Shown here in pieces: positions 60,768-64,000 of a stretch of DNA of 64,000 nucleotides (its first letter is position 1; each line of letters starts with the position of its first letter). Position numbers and translations under genes: made by a program. The stretch covers positions 106,206,001 through 106,270,000 of the forward strand of contig NC_043001.1 of assembly GCF_006345805.1 (NCBI RefSeq). The letters are read 5' to 3'. The notes below the pieces were generated by a model. That model did not search any database and was not told the origin of the DNA. It saw only the letters and a program-made list of their open reading frames with translations. This stretch comes from Octopus sinensis. Lineage: Eukaryota.

Positions 60768-62009
60768 TAATAGTGTCTTTTGACGACTATTTTTCAGTGC
60801 GTGGTGAGACACAAGCCAAGCCCTTGTTATATTTATATATATAATTATAAAATATTTATATACATATGCATATTATATATATATATGTGTGTGTGTATGT
60901 ATATATAATGATTGTGTGCGTGTGTATCCCTGTATTCATACATGCATGTTGGTAGGTAATAAGTTAGGAAGGCATGTAAATGCATTGTATACAACGAAAT
61001 GCATATATATTCCGTAGTTCCTGCTCCTCTTTAAAATGCATCGACTCTAGGAAAGGAATCGGTCTATTTGAAATGTACTAGTGTGAGTAAATGTTCATGC
61101 GTGTGTGTGTGTGCACATACAGTGAACTCTCTTGTCGAAGATGACGTATGAGTCTCCAGTTAGAAGACAGGAAAACCCCCAAGAAATAGACAGTCAACGA
61201 TATACCCACATTCATCTGAGTCTTGATCAAAACGGCTTTTACAACGGGTGTTTCAGACATTTACAGGATATCGCTTTACTCCAACTGATCATCCCGCTCG
61301 ACCTTGTTAATTAAGACATCTCATATGAATGCTGTTCAGCTGACTCATGTGCTTATACTAAGGTGTCCAGGCATCTGCTGCTCCATTTAAAATAGGTTTT
61401 AGTACAACTGACAGTCGCACCCCTATATTTGTACTAAGTGAGACACGATGATCATTCCATAGTCGATATTTCTAAAGGTTGTACTAGCGGGTGTACTGGC
61501 GGCTATAGTGACATTTCCAATCCAAGTTTGGACCTTCCTTAGGAGTCTAGCCTCGGTTACTACAGTGGAACCCAAATGCGTGAATGCGTCATCGCTTTAC
61601 AGAGCTTTGCCTTCATCAAACACGTTGTGCATGATTTCTAGGTTACTTCTAGGACGTGGCTGACGCGTCCTAGTAATAAACCAAAAAGATCTAGCTGCTG
61701 TCTTCTTCTTCTTCCAATCAGGACTCACGCCATTAGCCACAAAGAATAATCTCTAATTAGAGCCTACTCTAAGCTACTACGAATGCGTGTGGCAACTTGA
61801 TGATCCACCGACCACACGCGATAGACTGGTGGTTGCTCGAGCGCGAAAGCTGTGTTGTTGTTCTCATTACGTGAACGGTGGCTTTTAAAGAGTGTAGAGC
61901 TGAACCATCATGGGGTACAGAGGATTCGCAGTCCAGACTAGGGACTGAAAGTTTACCGCATCATAGTGCGTTACACCCTGGTTCCTCTGCTTTGCGGCAG
62001 AAGCAGGAA

Positions 62010-62174
62010 GAAAGAGTGAGAGAAAGTTGTGGTGAAAGAGTACAGCGGGGTTTACCACTGTACTCTTACAAATTAGTTTGCTCAATAAACACTTACCATG
62101 CCCGGTCTTGGAATCGAAACCGCGTTCTTACGACCGCGAGTCCGCTGCCATAACCACTGGGCCATTGCGCTTCC
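62010..62174 (-). mobile_element. tRNA-derived SINE, family D
   Basis: Minus strand GCGCAATGGCCCAGTGGTTATGGCAGCGGACTCGCGGTC..GGTTTCGATTCC (A and B boxes). Confidence 0.75.
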
Positions 62175-62522
62175 AATGCTGCTGTTGTTGCAACTCTATT
62201 AATGACGTTTTGACTGTTTTCAGTCATCAGCAAATACTAAACCTCGTAATGCCCGAGATGATATTTACAGTCCTTGCTTTGAAACGCTGTTGCTTGAAGA
62301 TGCCACCCGTTGTCCTGTATTCAAGAAATATAATAGAAAACGACACAATCCGGCATAACTGCAAAAGTAGTGCAAATAGTAATGGTGCCAAAATACAAAC
62401 CTTGTTTTTTGCCATTTTTATCATCAAAAGACCGAAATTGATTGTCATTTCAGAGAACAGAAGCCTTGTTTCAGAAAGCATCTTACCACACCGCCACCTA
62501 TGTATGTATAGAAATTAAAATG

Positions 62523-63187
62523 TTCTTCTCTCTTCTAGATACAAGGCCCGAAATGTTTTGTTGGGGAGGGGACCGGTCGATAAGATCGACACCAGTACGC
62601 AACTGGTACTTAATTTATTGACCCCGAAAGGACAAAAGTAAAGTTGACCTCGGCGGAATTTGAACTCACAACGTTAAGACAGACGAAGTTTAGTATTTCG
62701 CCCGGCGTGCTAACCTTTCTACCAGCTCGCCGCCTTGTAGCTTTACAAATATTCTTCTCTTCTCTAGGTACAAGGTCCAAAATTTGGACGGTGATGAGGG
62801 GACCAGTCGATTTGATCAACCCTAGTATGGGGTTGGTACTTAATTTATCGACCCCGAAAAATTGAAAGGTAAAGTCGACCTCGGCAGAATTTGAACTCAG
62901 AATATAAAGACAGACGAAATACTGCTAAGCATTTCGCCCGGCGTGCAAACGTTTCTTATTTCTTTACTGCCCACGAGGGGCTACACACAGAGGGGACAAA
63001 CAAGAACAGACAAACGGATTAAGTCGATTATATCGATCCCAGTGCGTAACTGGTACTTATTTAATCGACCCCGAAAAGATGAAAGGTAAAATTGAACTCG
63101 GCAGAATTTGAACTCAGAACATAAAGACAGACGGAATACTGTTAAGCATTTCGCCCGGCGTGCTAACGTTTCTGCCAGCTCGCCGCC
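62523..63187 (-). mobile_element. SINE family B cluster: monomer (62523-62736) plus dimer (62749-63187)
   Basis: Three successive cores GGTACTTAATTTA.CGACCCCGAAA..AAAGT.GACCTCGGC.GAATTTGAACTC. Confidence 0.88.
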
Positions 63188-63591
63188 CCATGAAATTAAA
63201 ATAATAATCAATAAAAAAACATCTGTAAGATGATGTAGAAATAATCAAATATTTGCGAAATCATCGATAAATGTTTGTAATAAATACGTTATACTTTGCT
63301 TTAGTGGCATTTACTGAAAAAGAAAAAAATGAGAAATTTCATATAGATTTAAAGGGCAGCTTGAATGTAAGAATACGTTAAATGTTTCAGTGAAAATATA
63401 AAACAATATATTACAAACTTAATGAAAGCGTAATTATGAAAATTAATAAAAGAATCAATAAGCGAAAATATCAACATGCAAAATTGATTAAAATTATAAC
63501 AAAAATAAACAAAAATTATGAGGTAAAATACAATGTGTAAAATGGAGAATAAAATTGACAATCTATTAATATTATATGAAAAAAAATGAAC

Positions 63592-63745
63592 ATATACTTA
63601 TAAAATATACTTATATAAAATATACTTATATAATATACTTATAAAATATACTTATATAAAATATACTTATATACTTATATATATACTTATATAATATACT
63701 TATATATATACTTATAAAATATACTTATATAAAATATACTTATAA
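63592..63745. repeat. AT-rich minisatellite, unit about ATATACTTATA(T/A)A
   Basis: Directly visible repeated ATACTTAT. Confidence 0.9.
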
Positions 63746-64000
63746 AACGTAGATTTGTTTAATGAGGATTAAAGCACGCGCCATTATAAAAACCGGATAA
63801 GTTGTTTTACAATGAAAAATACGATGCCTGGTCAAAATGTATTGGGACTGACGCTATAAAAAGGTGACTACAAGACAGCAATTCAGCATTTAATCCCCTT
63901 TCATGTTGTCTCTTTTCTGAAGCCACAGACATTGTCTAGTGTGGTTTCCTTTCATAGAAATATTTCTGGAATTCATTTGTTTGGTTTTTTTCCTTTTGTT

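Noticed and set aside
61380-61670. Possible degenerate RT (IVDISKG-like fragment)
   Set aside because: Motif similarity is too weak to call by eye.

Overview
AT-rich, microsatellite-laden eukaryotic non-coding DNA. The repeat repertoire resembles an octopus/coleoid cephalopod genome; this is inferred from recalled SINE families and was not verified by search. No host protein-coding gene can be supported, and most ORFs in the supplied track are dinucleotide-repeat artefacts (YIYI/CVCV/THTH). The window is a transposon graveyard. It holds several tRNA-derived SINE families (one with a Nin/Deu-like core, often dimeric), four young non-autonomous Helitrons (A|TC...CTAG|T), Tc1/mariner-type MITEs and long foldback elements. 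It also holds decayed LINEs of four groups: R4/Dong (7.4-8.9 kb, -), L1/Tx1 (11-12.2 kb, +), Penelope-like (16.4-17.3 kb -, 31-31.9 kb +) and CR1-like (20.4-20.9 kb -, 48.8-51.7 kb +, 52.8-54.4 kb +). There is a 100-N assembly gap at 54404-54503. The most interesting signal is a set of about eight minimal hammerhead-ribozyme-like motifs of the Penelope type. Four of them sit in two unrelated outward-facing inverted dimers (38166-38392, 44333-44653), and one lies in an insert flanked by a 17-bp duplication (52027-52801). The second is a CR1-like ORF1 relic that starts with a Myb/SANT-like trihelix domain followed by a CCCH zinc finger (52789-53580). Coordinates of decayed elements are approximate; those of short motifs were counted by hand.
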